Source: Amphiscolops sp. MND2022
Taxonomy: Eukaryota
Length of the DNA stretch: 64,000 bases
Direction: 5' to 3'
NCBI GenBank assembly: GCA_964187785.1
Contig: OZ076409.1
Location: forward strand, 89,096,001-89,160,000
In this document: piece by piece, positions 24,400 to 36,773 of the stretch
Numbering within the stretch: the first letter of the stretch is position 1
Layout of the letters: each line of letters begins with the position of its first letter
Program-made: the position numbers and the translations under genes
The notes under the pieces: generated by a model
What the model was told of the DNA's origin: nothing
Database searches by the model: none
What the model saw: only the letters and a program-made list of their open reading frames with translations

Positions 24400-26530
24400 T
24401 AAATCTGATCATCTCGCAACACTTCTGGTGAAACTACCAATTGGAAAAAAAGTTATACCATTTAGGAAATCGATCAATCGCAAAAAAGCTATCATGAAGA
24501 CGTTTTTCGAAACTAAAGTAAGAGACACAAATTGGTTCTTTTTCTACAACCAGAACAATGCTGAGGATATGAACACAGAATTTTGTAAATTACTCATTAA
24601 TCAAACTGTTGCCTGTGCTCCAAAAAAGTGGCTTTCATTCGACAGCTATATATATGAACTGTTCAATTCAAAAACTACAGATAGAGAAAATGGCAAAACA
24701 TCAATGATACTAGAAACTCGAACGAATCAACTGGGCGAATTAGTTGTCTAAGGAAAAGCTTTGGTGACTTGTTTACTGAGCATTCAAAAAGTGCTAACAT
24801 TTTGAACTATCGCTTCTCTAAATTAGGTAATTACCTCAGCAAACATTGCAATCCAAGCTATTTATCAATCCCAAAGACTACGCAAAGCTTTAGCTTTCTT
24901 TTCTTCACTACCAGAGAGACACTCAAACTTCTGAATTCTGTAACTATACGGAGGTCGACAGGACCTTCGGACATACCACCGTGGGCACTGAGGGATTGTT
25001 CTGCAGAAATAGCTGAACATCTAACTTTCTTGTTCAACGCCTTCATAGCTGAATCAAAATTTCTCAATTCAATCAAGCCATTGTAACACCGATATTCAAG
25101 AAAGGCGACAGTGAAGATCCACAGAATTATAGGCCCGTTTCTCTTACCTCCGTACTTTTGAAGCTTTTTGAGAAACTTCTCGCGAATCAAATAAACGAGT
25201 ACTTAAATCGATTTGACTTGATTTCTCAAAATCAGTTCGGCATCAGATCAAAAGTCTCAACAACAGATGCTCTGATCTATTGCACAGAATCTTTCCTGAG
25301 TGAAAATGATAAAAACAAATACGTTGCCTAGTCTCTGCTCGATCTCTCAAAAGCATTCGACTCTTTCCAATACTTTGTTTTGGAGAAGAAACTATTTGAT
25401 TTAGGTTTTGATGTACCATCAAGAAAAATGCTGATTGATTTTACTTCCAACAGAATCCGAAAAGTCTGCGTCAACAACACCAGATCTGAAAATATTGATA
25501 AATATCAAAAGTGCCACAAGGCACAGTCCCAGGGCCACTTCTCATTATTATTTATGTCAATGATATGCGGCAAAATATTGAACCCATTTGTCAAATTTTA
25601 CAATATGCTGATGATACTATGCTTTACACGACCAACTAAGATTTCAACATAGCGCGCTCTGATCTTGAAAAAAATCAGAATTTTTCCGGGAGCACAAATT
25701 GAATTTAAATGCCGATAAAACTGAACTTATTGCTCTATGTAAGAAATCAAAAACTAGCGTGATCGCAAACTCGAATATCTCAATTGAGGATAACCAAATC
25801 ACTATTTCCTCAACTGTAAAACTTCTCAGTTTCTTTATTGATCAAAATCTTACATTTCTGCCAGAAGTAAAAAACGTTCTTCGTAAAATGACCCGTGGAT
25901 TTTAAAATTTGAAGCAATCAAGAACCCTTTCAATATAAATAAACGCCTTATCATAATGAATGCGCTCGTTCTCAGTCATCTGCATTACTCATCGATTATA
26001 CTGAAATCAATCACTCAAAATCTTGTTGCACACTTGACCAGCAGCTCAATTTGGCAATAAAATGGTGCTTCAACCGACGGAAGTTCGAATCATAGCGCGA
26101 TCTCAAAGTTCAATATCGCGTTTTGCCGATCCGATACTTTCTGGACTTCAAACTCTTATGTCATTTCTGGAGGCTGTCACGAAAGTCACTCCCTGCTTTC
26201 AAAACCGTGTCATTTCCTACTTTCACTTTATCTGAAAATAAACGAATTCGTAAATTGAATTGTCAAGTCAGACATCAAACATCCGTTCTCGAAAATTGTC
26301 TAATAAAGCGTGGGAGCAAACCTTGGAACTCAGTCCACGCTAAGCATCCGGACTCAACATCCAAATATAACTATAATATGGTGAAAGTAAAATTCAAAGA
26401 ATTTTTTTGATGAATTGTTCCTTGAACACAGTGACACCAAAGTTGATGAAAAACTCAGTTTTAAAGAATTGCGTTTCATTAAAAATTAGTGAGGGCAAAC
26501 TGTAAGGTTATGTATTAGGCTTCGCCCTCA
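24400..26530 (+). mobile_element. Degenerate CR1/L2-type LINE (RT region and 3' end)
   Basis: STGPSDIP, PIFKKGD..NYRP, QFG, LLDLSKAFD, YADD and LNADKT motifs across frames; 3' stem-loop tgagggc...gccctca. Confidence 0.85.
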
Positions 26531-26600
26531 TTTAAAATTTTTTAATATTACCCCTATTTTATCCATAATTATTTTTTCTCAACCAACACCTGTCCTGTTT

Positions 26601-26954
26601 TTAGTTGGCGCTTTTCGTAGAAAAACGCAGACTATTGTGGTGACTTCTTTTTTAGGACCAACGAAGTGACAGATTTTATAAGCTTTATAAGCTGACTTGA
26701 ACTAACACTAAAGGCCACACTACTTCTACTGGCACTGGAGATAGAGGTTAATTAGGTTTTTTTGAGGTCCCCTTTCACATTTTTTGGCACGATGCGACAT
26801 ACCGGGGACCAAAAAAAAATTAAAAAGAATTTCGAATTTTTTTCAATTTTTCCCTCGTGTGGGTACTGTAGAAGAAAATACTTGACACTTTGAAGTCCTT
26901 TTGCTATTTTTGAGCCTTAGATATGGCGCCGACTTGGGTCATTCCCGGCTTGTT
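26601..26954 (+). mobile_element. Helentron/DINE-1(HINE)-like non-autonomous element
   Basis: 5' tagttggcgc with an adjacent inverted copy; 3' subterminal gcgccgact, then a short stem-loop and cttgtt; T-rich flanks. Confidence 0.55.
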
Positions 26955-26989
26955 ATGTTTTTATACATCATATCAAGGAGACTTTACAT

Positions 26990-28032
26990 GTGTGAAGGAA
27001 ATTCAAACTCAGAGTTGCAGTATATACAATATCATGAAATACCAATATGTAATGTTGCCATTTTCTTCTTACGATGAGGTGAAACCAGAAAATCCCTTGC
27101 GGCCATTGGCCGCATAGGGCCTTCATGAATTTGCTATGCATGTAAAGTTGTTTTATACATGAAAACACGCCTGTGAACAATTTGATATATACGTCTCGCG
27201 TCCTTGTTGGGCACTTTGATCTAACTGCCCCTGCAAGTCTAATGTTGCTATTTTTAGTGATGATGAATGCTATTCTTAACCTGCAAGTTATTTATAGTAA
27301 CATTACTTCTATTTTATTGCGTGTCATGCCCACTTGGGTATCTATGCACAATTTTTACTTGAAACGCTGTTACTCAGTTGCTCTGTAATTATACAAGTTT
27401 TGTAAAACTCCCCTACTCTACCCAATTAGAGGAACAATTTAAGTATTTCCTCCTGTCGAAACACTTTTATGCCTTCCACTAGAAAGCAAAAGGTTAAGGC
27501 CAGAAAGTCGAGGGAACTAGATATGTTGTCCGTCTACTGCAACATGGATGTGACGTTAGGAGATGGAAATTCCATCTCTATAGAAAGAGAAATAGATAGT
27601 CCTATTAATGCACCAGAAAGGCAACGAGACTTTCAATCTTTTCCGAACAGAAAAAATTCGTCGTCTCAAGAGAATGAAATCAGAGACATTAGCAACAGAA
27701 ATGAGCCCGTTAGGGAAGAGAGGCTAATAAAGTCAATTAATATACTATCGGGTGAAATGATTGCTAGGATGTCTCGGGAAATGGAGACAATGATGGACTT
27801 CATGCAAACTCAGATTAGCAGGGCTTTTAGTTGTGCGATAAGCGAGAGAATAATACCTGAAATACAGAACATGGTAGAGAATTTGCCTTTGACCGTCATG
27901 GCGTTGAGCCGTATACGTCCTCAAATGAGGATGAGATTGGTAATGTTTGGAAGAACAGAAATGCAAAATTTACAAAGAAGGACTCAAGGTCCGCTTGTGA
28001 ATTTAGGGAAGATACGGACTTTACTCCTTACA
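26990..28032 (+). mobile_element. Solo/partial LTR of a family related to Gypsy-A; left boundary approximate
   Basis: ORF at 27469, MPSTRKQKVKARKSRELDML..., is homologous to the LTR-encoded gag N-terminus; ends ...ccttaca with no PBS or internal region. Confidence 0.7.
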
Positions 28033-28778
28033 GTCAGATACCTGGATCAAAGGGGGCAAAGTTTGTCTCGTTCATGTTTTGCCACAAAAAAGAGTTTTCG
28101 AAATTGTGCATTATGATTTATGGAAATTGCGAACAATCAAAATAACTTTTTTATCCTCTAAAATTAAATCTCTCATCAAAAGTGATATAATTTTACTATT
28201 TTTGTTTCAATTTCAGAAATATTGTTGTAATTCTGATCAAATTCTAAAAATTTTTTCTGAGACTTTTTCGCTAAAAAAACATCCAACTATTTATCGACTT
28301 TCGATTTTTTCGCTAGTAAAATCAAGTGTTTTTAGCTTTTTGGTCCTCTATTGCATCAATCAAAATTTCAAGAAATGAATGTGTTAAAAATTAGTTTTCG
28401 AGGGCGAGGATTTGATAGGCGATTGAGTTCATTCCTCATCCGTGTTGGATTTTCATTCATTGTATTTATTATAAGACAGACTGTTGTATTTATTATCAAA
28501 ACTAACGTTTATTTCATCCAAAAAAATACCTTTTCTTTCTTTTTTTTTCAGATTTGTTACAGCTCAATTATGAAACCAATTGACTTGTAGTTGATCTCTA
28601 ATTCAATGCACTTGAGACATTACGAAACCATTTAATACTAATTGACGATGATTTAATAAATTATACGCAAGCAAAACACAACTCCAAAACCCAGCAAAAA
28701 CCTGTAACAGCTAAAATCCTCTCAAAGTAGTTTCATCAAGTGGAAACAATTTTTGAATTTACCTGGCCCTGATTTCAG

Positions 28779-29146
28779 GAACAAGCGAAACTGAGGACCC
28801 AGATGAAAACCCTGCTGTCCTCGTGAACAAACTGGTCAACATGGGAGTACAGATCAGGGGATCCACGACTAGAATGTCGAACCAAATCACTCACGCCACC
28901 GACGCCATTTTCAACGTCACTCTGTCCTTGATGGACAAAAATGACGTCGAGTCTCTGGAAAACTCAGAACAACCATCGGACCAAGAAAAGTCAGTCGACA
29001 AGCCAACTGAAAAAACTGACATTAGTGCTTCAGCTCAACACGCGGATAATGCAATAATGGCTAAAATGGAAGCCATTCTTGCCGAAGTCCAGAAAAACGG
29101 CCTGCTATTGCAGGCATTAAAGAGTGGCCAACAAATTAAAGAGTAA
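28779..29146 (+). CDS. Host gene 2, coding exon 2 (terminal)
   Basis: atttcag acceptor, phase 1 compatible with 23260; open to TAA at 29146; joined product ~200 aa. Confidence 0.6.
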
Positions 29147-30569
29147 CAAATTTGTCTTGCATTTGTAAAATTATCCGCAATTTTTTGTGGGGGTTGTGTT
29201 TTAAATGTACGGTTCATGAATATGCTTGCATTTGTGTCTTCTGATATCTGCGAAGCGGTTTCTCCAATTCATGAACATACTACTAGTCTAATTTGCACAG
29301 AGTCAAGTTGCACACGATTTTTTACCTACATTTATCTCCGACGTAGAATGTCTCGAAGTCGGAACAAATTTCGCAATTATTTTATAAACTGATTCGGTTT
29401 TTTGGTCACTACCGAATTTGAAACTATCAAGTCGTTATCAAATAAATTTTGAAATTCGTGGCTGCACCAGAAATCAGACCTGAAACTGGTGAAAGTTTTC
29501 TAAAAGTGCAGAAAAAGTGTTTCAATTTTCGATCTTTCTATGAACTCTAACACTATTTTTCAACTCTTGTTTTTGCAACATCAGCGATTTCACTTGCAAT
29601 AGAGTGCTTCCGGGCTCAAACCTTGAACTCAGCATTCTGAAGTGTTCGATCAAATCATAAACGATCATAACCCAAACTGTATTTGATGAACTTACATCAA
29701 AAGTAGCGCTGAAAGTACTACGAGTAAAATTCAGAAAGTTAGTCCCTCGTGGAAAGCAGTCATGTTAATTTGGCTTGCCGCCCGTTTCCTAGGAAAATGT
29801 TCACGTTATTCACCATCTACAGGGTCGTTTCCTATGAAAAGCGACGACCTGGGTTAACCACCGATGTCAATAAGTGGTACTTTACTACTGCGAAATTTTT
29901 TCTTTTGTGTTTTGAAAAAGTAAACTGACCTTACTCAGTAGAATTTCGAACCTGAATACATTATTGTCAGCCATTCTTATTCACCAATCCTATGAAAACC
30001 CTAAAAACCTCGTACCTCTAATTTTAGCAAGAGGAATGAGAGAATCAAAACTATGGTGGCGAATTTTCAAACAGAACAGAAAAAATGAAAAACATAATTT
30101 AACCCAGAAAGACAAAGCAGAAAAACAGACAGACAGACTGAGAGAGATGGCACAAAAACCCAGAGAACTGAAAGCCCGGATGCATGACTTAACCCTAACT
30201 TTGATGTGCATTTTTGCAAACCTTCAAAAACTTCGGGAATTTTTCTTCAATCGTTACTATCTCCTCAACTACACATACCACAGAATGAATTATAGCGTAT
30301 TTGAAAGGTCTGACACTGGGCTTTTATTTTGATTTTTTGAGCCCCTTTCGCCGCAAGCCCCCTTCTTAACTTTTTTAGTTTGTTTTCCGGTGCCGCAATT
30401 CGGTGTCTTGCATTAACAACAGCATATCATTTGTCTTTGTTACAGAAGGTCTTGTTGTAAAAGGATTTGAGGTTGCCTCATTTTATGGGTCGAGGTGTTT
30501 TGGAAAAATTGGATTTTGCTCAAAACGGAATTTCGGAGAGATTCAACCTTTCATTTGCAAGACAAACCC

Positions 30570-30779
30570 ATTTTTCTCAGCGTTGGAGAAAACTTCAGCT
30601 TTAAACATTGTTAAATAAACTGCACTGAAGGAGATGGGCTTCTGTGAAAACAAATGAGATCTTGGAAAAATGTATACATTTTTCCAAGATCTCATTTGTT
30701 TTCACAGAAGCCCATCTCCTTTAGTGCAGTTTATTTAATAATGTTTAAAGATGAAATTTTCTCCAACGCTGAGAAAAAT
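30570..30779. repeat. Spacerless palindrome (210 bp)
   Basis: Centre aaatgta|tacattt at 30674/30675. Confidence 0.9.
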
Positions 30780-30782
30780 TAA

Positions 30783-30927
30783 TTTGATCTTGAGAACTTG
30801 CAATGAATGTTTCCTTCCACCTGCTATCTGAATCACTGACAACAAATAATCTGCTAAAGGACAAATGGTTAACCCTAAATATCATAGCGGTATTTAATTA
30901 CATTCATTGCAAGTTCTCAAGATCAAA
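30783..30927. repeat. 28-bp perfect inverted repeat with ~89-bp spacer (MITE-like)
   Basis: tttgatcttgagaacttgcaatgaatgt ... acattcattgcaagttctcaagatcaaa. Confidence 0.75.
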
Positions 30928-31959
30928 ATAATTCCCCTGAACACTGAAACCATCCCAAGATTTGATATTGCACCACTCTTTTGAGAACCAGGTTTTTCAA
31001 TCTTGTTTTAAGACCAAAAAAACAACCAGCTGCTGTTTTCGAAACGAACCTTTGCAGGGACAGATTCAACAATAAATTATGTTGGTTAGCCAAAAAACCA
31101 ACAGCATTGGCCGTTTTAGTCTGAAAAATCTAGTTGAAACAGCTTGCGTGGCCCTTTGGTCAATCTTTTGAGCGAGTATACTTCCGAAAGGATATTTCAA
31201 CGTTAGGGCACGACAAGGTAAAACGCAACCGTTACCAGAAAAGAGCTGTCAAACGAACGTCGCAGTTTCTTTTTTCAAAGACCTTTTTGAGAAAAACAAC
31301 TTTTCAAATTTAGTAGTTGTGAGCAAAAACGACAAATGAATGAACACGTCGGGAAATCCCTTCTCACCTCTGTAAAATCCTGGACATTTTGGCTATTGAA
31401 ATGTACGGAACAGGATTTGTGTTTTTGAAAGAAGCGACAGTTGATCAATTCCGTGCTTTTCAACGGTTTCATCTGTAATCTGGCTAAAACGTCTGTGAAA
31501 AGTGATTTTTTTTCTATTACTTCGAATTATGGAAACAATTGTTGATAAAACGATGCACAATCAACAGAAAACGTACTGAGTTTGAACTGGGCTTCTTGGT
31601 TGTTACAAAACACGGGTGTTTGCTAAGTTCCCCAATTCGTCAAACTTTAGTAGGTGCGTGTTTGAAAATTTTCGTCAACCACTGAAACGCATGTAAAAAA
31701 CTCAAAAAGTAGGAAAAATTGTTTTCCTTTTTTAAAAAGGTAGAAAACGAAATACCCACTCAATAATGCTTAGTTGGCCCCCTATCGCAGCAACGAAGTC
31801 AATTAGCCGATGGAAATGAACTTTTAAGAGTTCTAATCATGTCAAGAATAAAGTCACATAATGCTTTTGAATAGCGGTTTTCACTTGCTCAAAGATCCTG
31901 TAATTTTACCATTAAAGTATAATGCTCTACGGCCTGCCTGCTTGGAACAGTGGAAACCT

Positions 31960-32092
31960 GAACAAGACGCCCGCCAAGCTCCGGGATATTTTCCGCCACA
32001 CGCTTATCGCAAAAAAAAGTATGCCGAAGGCAAGGTTCGAACCCACGACCTACAACCTGACAGGCACACGCCACTACTGACTGAGCCACCAA
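31960..32092 (-). mobile_element. tRNA-derived SINE head; 3' extent uncertain
   Basis: A-box-like GGTGGCTCAGTC and B-box GGTTCGAACC at tRNA-like spacing; no complete cloverleaf. Confidence 0.55.
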
Positions 32093-32299
32093 AATTGAAG
32101 TAACTAAGTTGTTAATATCGCTAGTAAACTAGAAAAGTCAGGTAATTATGAAATAGTCAAGTAATGATATTGTTACTGGTCAAGTGAGGTGAAAGTAAGA
32201 GGAGATTTTTGAGATAATTTGGAAAAAGAACGCAACACAGATCATAGTTTTCCTCCCTCATTTATGTGAGCAGAGAATAATAAAACTGCCGAAGTACAG

Positions 32300-32982
32300 A
32301 ACGCAATATTGCACAGCGCACCAGGAGAGTTCTACAAACCGGCTGTAAAAAATGCCATATGGAGCCACTGAAAGTCCAAATAGAAACAATAACTAAATTT
32401 TTTATCCAAATATCTCATAACAGACGATGGCTTGAGAATTTTGTTTTGGAAAACCACCAGAAAATACCAAAAATCCGTGTTGACACTGAAACTCTCGAAC
32501 GCATCCTAGCTTGGAAATTCGAAGTGCGATCAACTAGATCTGGAGGAGTTATCTCCTTACACCTTAGCATACACAAAATCTGAAATCGATACCCATGAAA
32601 CTGAGCTGTGGAAGAAGCTGTGGACATACCAGTGCGAAGTTCCCATAATTCCCCTAGGCCATAACGTCACTATGAGTCATTGTAGTTTAAATGGCTTCTT
32701 GTAAAAGATCTGGAAAAACAAATCTCCGGAAAGTACGTGCGGATACAAAGAAGAAACTGTCGAACATTACCTCTGCAATTGTATACAGTACTCTGAGCAA
32801 CGCTGAGATTAAAAGGCTCCCACCAAAACGCTCTGCAATCCCCTAATCTGGAACAGTATATTAGTGAAACTGGCAGATTCAATTCGCATGAGACCCAGAA
32901 GAATTTGAGCTGGAATTGAACTTTGTTTGTGTAGCTGCTCACAATTAGGGACTTATATAATACATATATACATATACATACA
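32300..32982 (+). mobile_element. 3' fragment of an I/R1/Jockey-type LINE
   Basis: SHCSLNGFL*KI..SPESTCGYKEETVEHYLCNC, a C-terminal zinc-knuckle motif; TACA/TA-rich tail at 32955-32982. Confidence 0.6.
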
Positions 32983-34489
32983 GCCCGCCGAGGAAGATTT
33001 GTTTTTGGCTGAGGGACACTATGGTTTTCCCGAAATCTCTATCCGCATCAACTCGTTGATTTTATCGACACTGACAGTTCGTTAGCAAAATTGGAGCCCA
33101 ATAATTCCACTGCTTGTATTAAAGCAACCACTGAGCAGTCTGGTGAAGAAATCATTCCACTGGAAACCGAAAGTGATTACGAAGTCTTGCAATGAAAAGA
33201 TTAGGGAAGCATTAGCAGCCCTACACCTGCTAGAAAACTGCTAGAAAAACACAATGAATGTACCAGCAACCTATAATATCTGTCCTTCAGTAAAAGACAT
33301 TTTTTCTATAAGCAACTTTTCACTCCAAATTGGACAAAATGTTTCATTTAGACGAATTGGGTATATAGAAATAGCAACTGAAAGTATCACTCCTGAGAGG
33401 TTTGCTATCACACAAATACTACTGTAAATTGATTTCTTCCGCTGGAAGTCCGATAATCTTATTTTTAGTGAAAGAAATACCCATGAGACGCTGCTTAATT
33501 TAGAACAGTTCCTATTGCTTGCTGGTTTATTGCAACCTTCCATAGATTTGTCCTGTTGAACGGTTCTAAAAGCGAGCCTTCAATTTTTTGTTTCAGTTAT
33601 CTACACTGTATCAGATAATTTTTCGGCTATAACTTCGATTTCTTACGCTGGAAATCCAATAATTTAGTTTTTTCTAGGGGGGCGTGTAAATGAATTTGTG
33701 GGGCGGCAACAGCAACTAAGATCCCGAACTGTGTAACTTACTTGTGTAATAAGGGACAAAAGCCGATAAATTGCTGCTACAAATAAACAGAAAATCAAAT
33801 CAAACTAATCGTCTCACATTGTTTTTGTTCGGTGCTCCTCAGTTACATGATCCTCCCCCGTCTCAAGAAAACCTATGGAAAATCTTTTTCTTTTAAATTG
33901 ACAGTACAACTCAGCTTGTGCTTCGCATAAACATTACCAAAATATTTAATTTTACAACTCGGTTAAACAACATTCAGGTTCCAAATCAATTGCGATAACT
34001 GTGCATTTTTTTGAATGATGACATTACTGAGAAACGTAGGTACACGGTATCAGGTGCTTTTCAGGAGGAAACTTTGTCCGGGGACAAACACCCCTGCAGG
34101 ATGCGCTCGGACGTGAATTATAGATTGCCATATTCCGGTTACTCGACATTCTTTGTATAATATCCTCCCAGAAACCCTCTTGCGTCGATGAAGGGTTCCA
34201 CGCGTTCCACAAACCTTGTCTTACAGAAAGTCCTTTTCAAATCGGCGGAAAAATAAACCCTAGATTGTATTTTGTTAACTCAGGTTTTATGAGAGCGTTC
34301 CCAAAAACAGTTCTCTGTTATTGTTTGGTATTGCCATTTGGGCACATTTTTCCATGTTGAAAGGCATATCAATCGATGAAGTCCACTTGAAGATGTTGTT
34401 TGGGTCGTCTTGAAAACCTTTTGTGTCTAAATCATTGCATAAGAATTTGCCATCATCTGCAAAACGTAAAGGTATTTTTCATTACAGAC

Positions 34490-35045
34490 CTTATTTTCTG
34501 TGTCACATCGAATAACCATGCTAAGTGGAATCTTCCCCGATGAATGGAAGAAGCCGTCGTTGTTTCCCTGTTCAGAAAAGAATCCAAGTCCCAAGTTTTT
34601 TACTATCGACCCGTACCACAGCTAAATTCTCCTGGAGCAGTTTTCGGGACCTTGATTTCCTAAACGTTACACCTTTTGTTCCTTTTTCTACATGATTCAC
34701 AATTTGACTACCGGAAAAATCGATGAACAGTTACTCAACTAAAAAACTCTTCTTCTAACAAATATCTGAAGGGATCGCGACAAAAAGCGATATTGATAAT
34801 ATCTTCACTGACTTTAGTAAAACCTTCGTAAGAGTAGACCATGGATTAGTTTTACATAAAATCTACAATACGGGTATTCGACGAAAGTTCTTTCAAGTCA
34901 TCAAATTTTTCGTAGTTTCACGTCGGCAACATGCTCGTGTAAGAGATAGTCTCTCAAAAGAACTTCTCGCGACAAGTGGAGTGCCAAAAAAGCAGCATTC
35001 TAAGCCCCTTTCTTCTCCTCATATTCATGAATGACTTGCTCGACC
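34490..35045 (+). mobile_element. Degenerate LINE RT fragment
   Basis: IFPDEWKKAVVVSLFRK..YRP, DFSKTF..VDH and SGVP remnants. Confidence 0.65.
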
Positions 35046-35480
35046 GATAGATAAACAGGTTTTTTTGAAAAGAATCGGGAGCAGGTTATCAAATCTTTTG
35101 CTTTCAATAGCCTCTAAGGTGGAAGCACATTTGGCAGGATGCATTGGAAATCGAACTCTGAAAATTTAATGAGAACCTAAAAAGAAACTTCCGAAAAACG
35201 TAGCTCTTTTTAGGTTATTGTCCCTTGGTTTCAGCGTGAACTGATATTGTTTTTGGAAAAGAAGCCTAAGACATGACTTATATGAAAACGTCCGAATTTA
35301 AGTGACCATAATACTATGCAGATAAATGATAGAAACGAACAGAACTGAACAAAACAGCAAAAGACAGAAAAGACCAAGTGCACTAATCTAATGATTTCGA
35401 TTTTCGGAGACTTTTGCGAAGGACGGTTCTCTCAACATTTCTTCTAACCTATTGAACTGGGAGCCACTATCGAAGTGTTT

Positions 35481-35906
35481 TTAGTCGGCGCTTTTAGTAA
35501 AAAATGTGCCCTACTCTTACAGTGGTTAGTTTTTTTTAGACACGAAAGGTCCACTTTTTTGTTCAGTTCAGTTGTTCAACAATTTATGGGAGGTTCAAAA
35601 CGCGGAAGTTCAAAACACTCGAAATCTCAGAACCTTGGGCAAAACAAAAAAACAAACGGACGTCCTGGAAAACATAACAAGGGTCCAAATTTAGACATTT
35701 CCAATTTTTTCCATCACTATGAGACATTTTTTCGAATATTTTGATACTGGAAAAATTTTTAATGTCTCCAAAGGGATCCCCTTTTCATAATTTGGAACAA
35801 AGTGGAGTTTCTAAAAGCCCAAAAGGTCCACTGTTTTACAATTATTAAATCTTCGCGTTTTTTGAGTCTTAGATATAGCGCCGACTTTGACCGTTCCCGG
35901 CTTGTT
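35481..35906 (+). mobile_element. Helentron/HINE-like non-autonomous element, second copy
   Basis: 5' tagtcggcgctttt; 3' ttagatatagcgccgactttgaccgttcccggcttgtt shared with 26907-26954. Confidence 0.55.
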
Positions 35907-36773
35907 TTTTCTCAATTAACTAATTTTATTCAAACGCAACTGCAACTGTTAAAACTATAACAGTGCACTTAAAATAGATTTGAACTCTCCAGCTAATGAG
36001 CTTTTTCCCTCATATCGTGTACTCCGTCATTTTATTTTGGTCACAATAGAGCCTTATTTTTCACCTCTTCGCTGCTTGTATTTGCTGATTATTTCAAATA
36101 CGTGAACTGATACAGTTCTAGTATTTTGTAGATGTTCCTGCTGCCATAATTTGCTGATGTTTTGTGTATTCAATAATTCTCATGTTGTACTTCGAAAAGT
36201 AACTATCAAATTTCGTTGTATAGTGCTTTCGAGTACATTTTCTTATTTATGAATGGAAATGTAAGTCTGCGTTGTGGCATGTTTGATATTGCTGATTTTC
36301 TCTCAGTTTTGTTTAATTGTATCTCTGAAATTCAATCGTTTTCTTGCTCAACTAACTACCTTCGAAACAACTTCACCAAGAAAACCTGAATTAATAAATA
36401 TTGTCTGCTCAATCTATGAATTGAAACGAAGTGTTGAAGTTCGAGCCTCACGAAGAACCAATTTTAAGAGCAGGTTGTTCGCAATTAGGCCAAAGATTCA
36501 CTACTTTGCTGGAATTATTGACGATGATATATGTCATATGAGAGAGAATAAAAATATTTTTATAAAAAATTAGCTGATAAGAATTAATCACCGATATTCC
36601 AAACGGCTCGTCACTTTCTAATTATTCTGCCTTTTTAGGCCCTTACGAAAATTGGAGAATACCAATTTGGAACACACTCTCCGAGCCATAAAAGTCACCG
36701 ACTCCATACAAATAAGCAGAGCTTAGAAATCATTGAAGATCTTTTTGGAAGATTGTTGTTATCGAAATGTTGT

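Noticed and set aside
32020..32092. tRNA gene
   Set aside because: A and B boxes are present but no acceptor-stem pairing; treated as a SINE head.
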